A stretch of 64,000 bases of DNA, taken from the NCBI RefSeq assembly GCF_020745735.1, contig NC_083409.1:15471873-15535872 (forward strand), read 5' to 3'. The position numbers and the translations under genes are program-made. Shown piece by piece: positions 63,253-64,000 of this stretch. The notes beneath the pieces were generated by a model, which saw nothing but the letters and a program-made list of their open reading frames with translations, searched no databases and was not told the origin of the DNA. The DNA comes from Hemiscyllium ocellatum (taxonomy: Eukaryota). The stretch's first letter is position 1; each line of letters begins with the position of its first letter.

Positions 63253-63763
63253 ATTCTGGATTAGTGGTGCTGGAAGAGCACAACAGTTCAGGCAGCATCC
63301 AAGGAGCAGCGAAATCGATGCTTCAGGCAAAAGCCCTTCATCAGGAATAAAGGCAGTGAGCCTGAAGCGTGGAGAGATAAGCTAGAGGAGGGTGGGGGTG
63401 GGGAGAAAGTAGCATAGAGTACAAGCAAATGTGGCTGTGGGAGCGAGTTTGTTTCACGACATAGTTGAAGAGCTTCTCTCTACAAGAATCTCAGGGAGTC
63501 CCTCTCCCACTGCAACTCCCAGGTCATTTCCTCTGCCCTGAAGCTCTTCAACCACGTCGTGAAACAAACTCGCTACCACAGCCACATTTGCTTGTACTCT
63601 ATGCTACTTTCTCCCCACCTCTACCCTCCTCTAGCTTATCTCTCCACGCTTCAGGCTCACTGCCTTTATTCCTGATGAAGGGCTTTAGCCTGAAGCGTCG
63701 ATTTCGCTGCTCCTCGGATGCCGTCTGAACTGTTGTGCTCTTCCAGCACCACTAATCCAGAAT
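63253..63763. repeat. Large fold-back of a Penelope terminus: two 224-bp inverted arms with a 63-bp spacer
   Basis: 63253-63476 versus 63540-63763, about 10 mismatches by eye. Confidence 0.9.
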
Positions 63764-64000
63764 CTGGTTTCCAGCATCTGCAGTCATTGTTTTTATCTCC
63801 GCTGAATGTCTATTGTGGGAAGTAATTGAATCTGGTTTAGAGACAGAATGTCTGACAAATATGAACAGATCAGACTAAGTCAGCATGGATTTAAAAGGGT
63901 CAGACATTTTTAGCTTACCTGGTTACATGTTTTAACGAGGTCACTAATGTGTGAGATAAGGGAATGTGTTGTTCTAAATGGTGAGAAAATTATTAAAGCC

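Overview
Vertebrate genomic DNA, almost certainly a shark. This is inferred from HE1-type SINEs, shark CR1/Penelope repeats and a nurse-shark NS4-like light chain; a carpet shark such as Chiloscyllium is plausible but unproven. About two thirds is decayed retroelements. Host content: (1) the last four coding exons of a CEP350-like gene (+, 1260-10170) splice into one open frame ending at TAA. (2) Two exons of an RNase L-type KEN ribonuclease domain (+, 20177-20646 and 25248-25368) are disabled by a young SINE insertion, a mutated acceptor and a nonsense codon; the ORF track misses them. (3) A complete kappa-type (NS4-like) Ig light-chain cluster (-): octamer-like/TATA promoter, leader, a V already fused in frame to J with no RSS, an 8.6-kb intron and an intact C exon, giving a predicted 235-aa protein. 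The repeats include at least 12 Penelope-associated minimal hammerhead-ribozyme motifs in two families, several in short TSD-flanked inserts or fold-back palindromes. Also present are a Gmr1-like LTR element with protease-integrase order, an L1 fragment, a near-full-length CR1 with esterase ORF1, and a SINE apparently built from both ends of a local LINE. All homology calls come from recalled motifs, not database searches.
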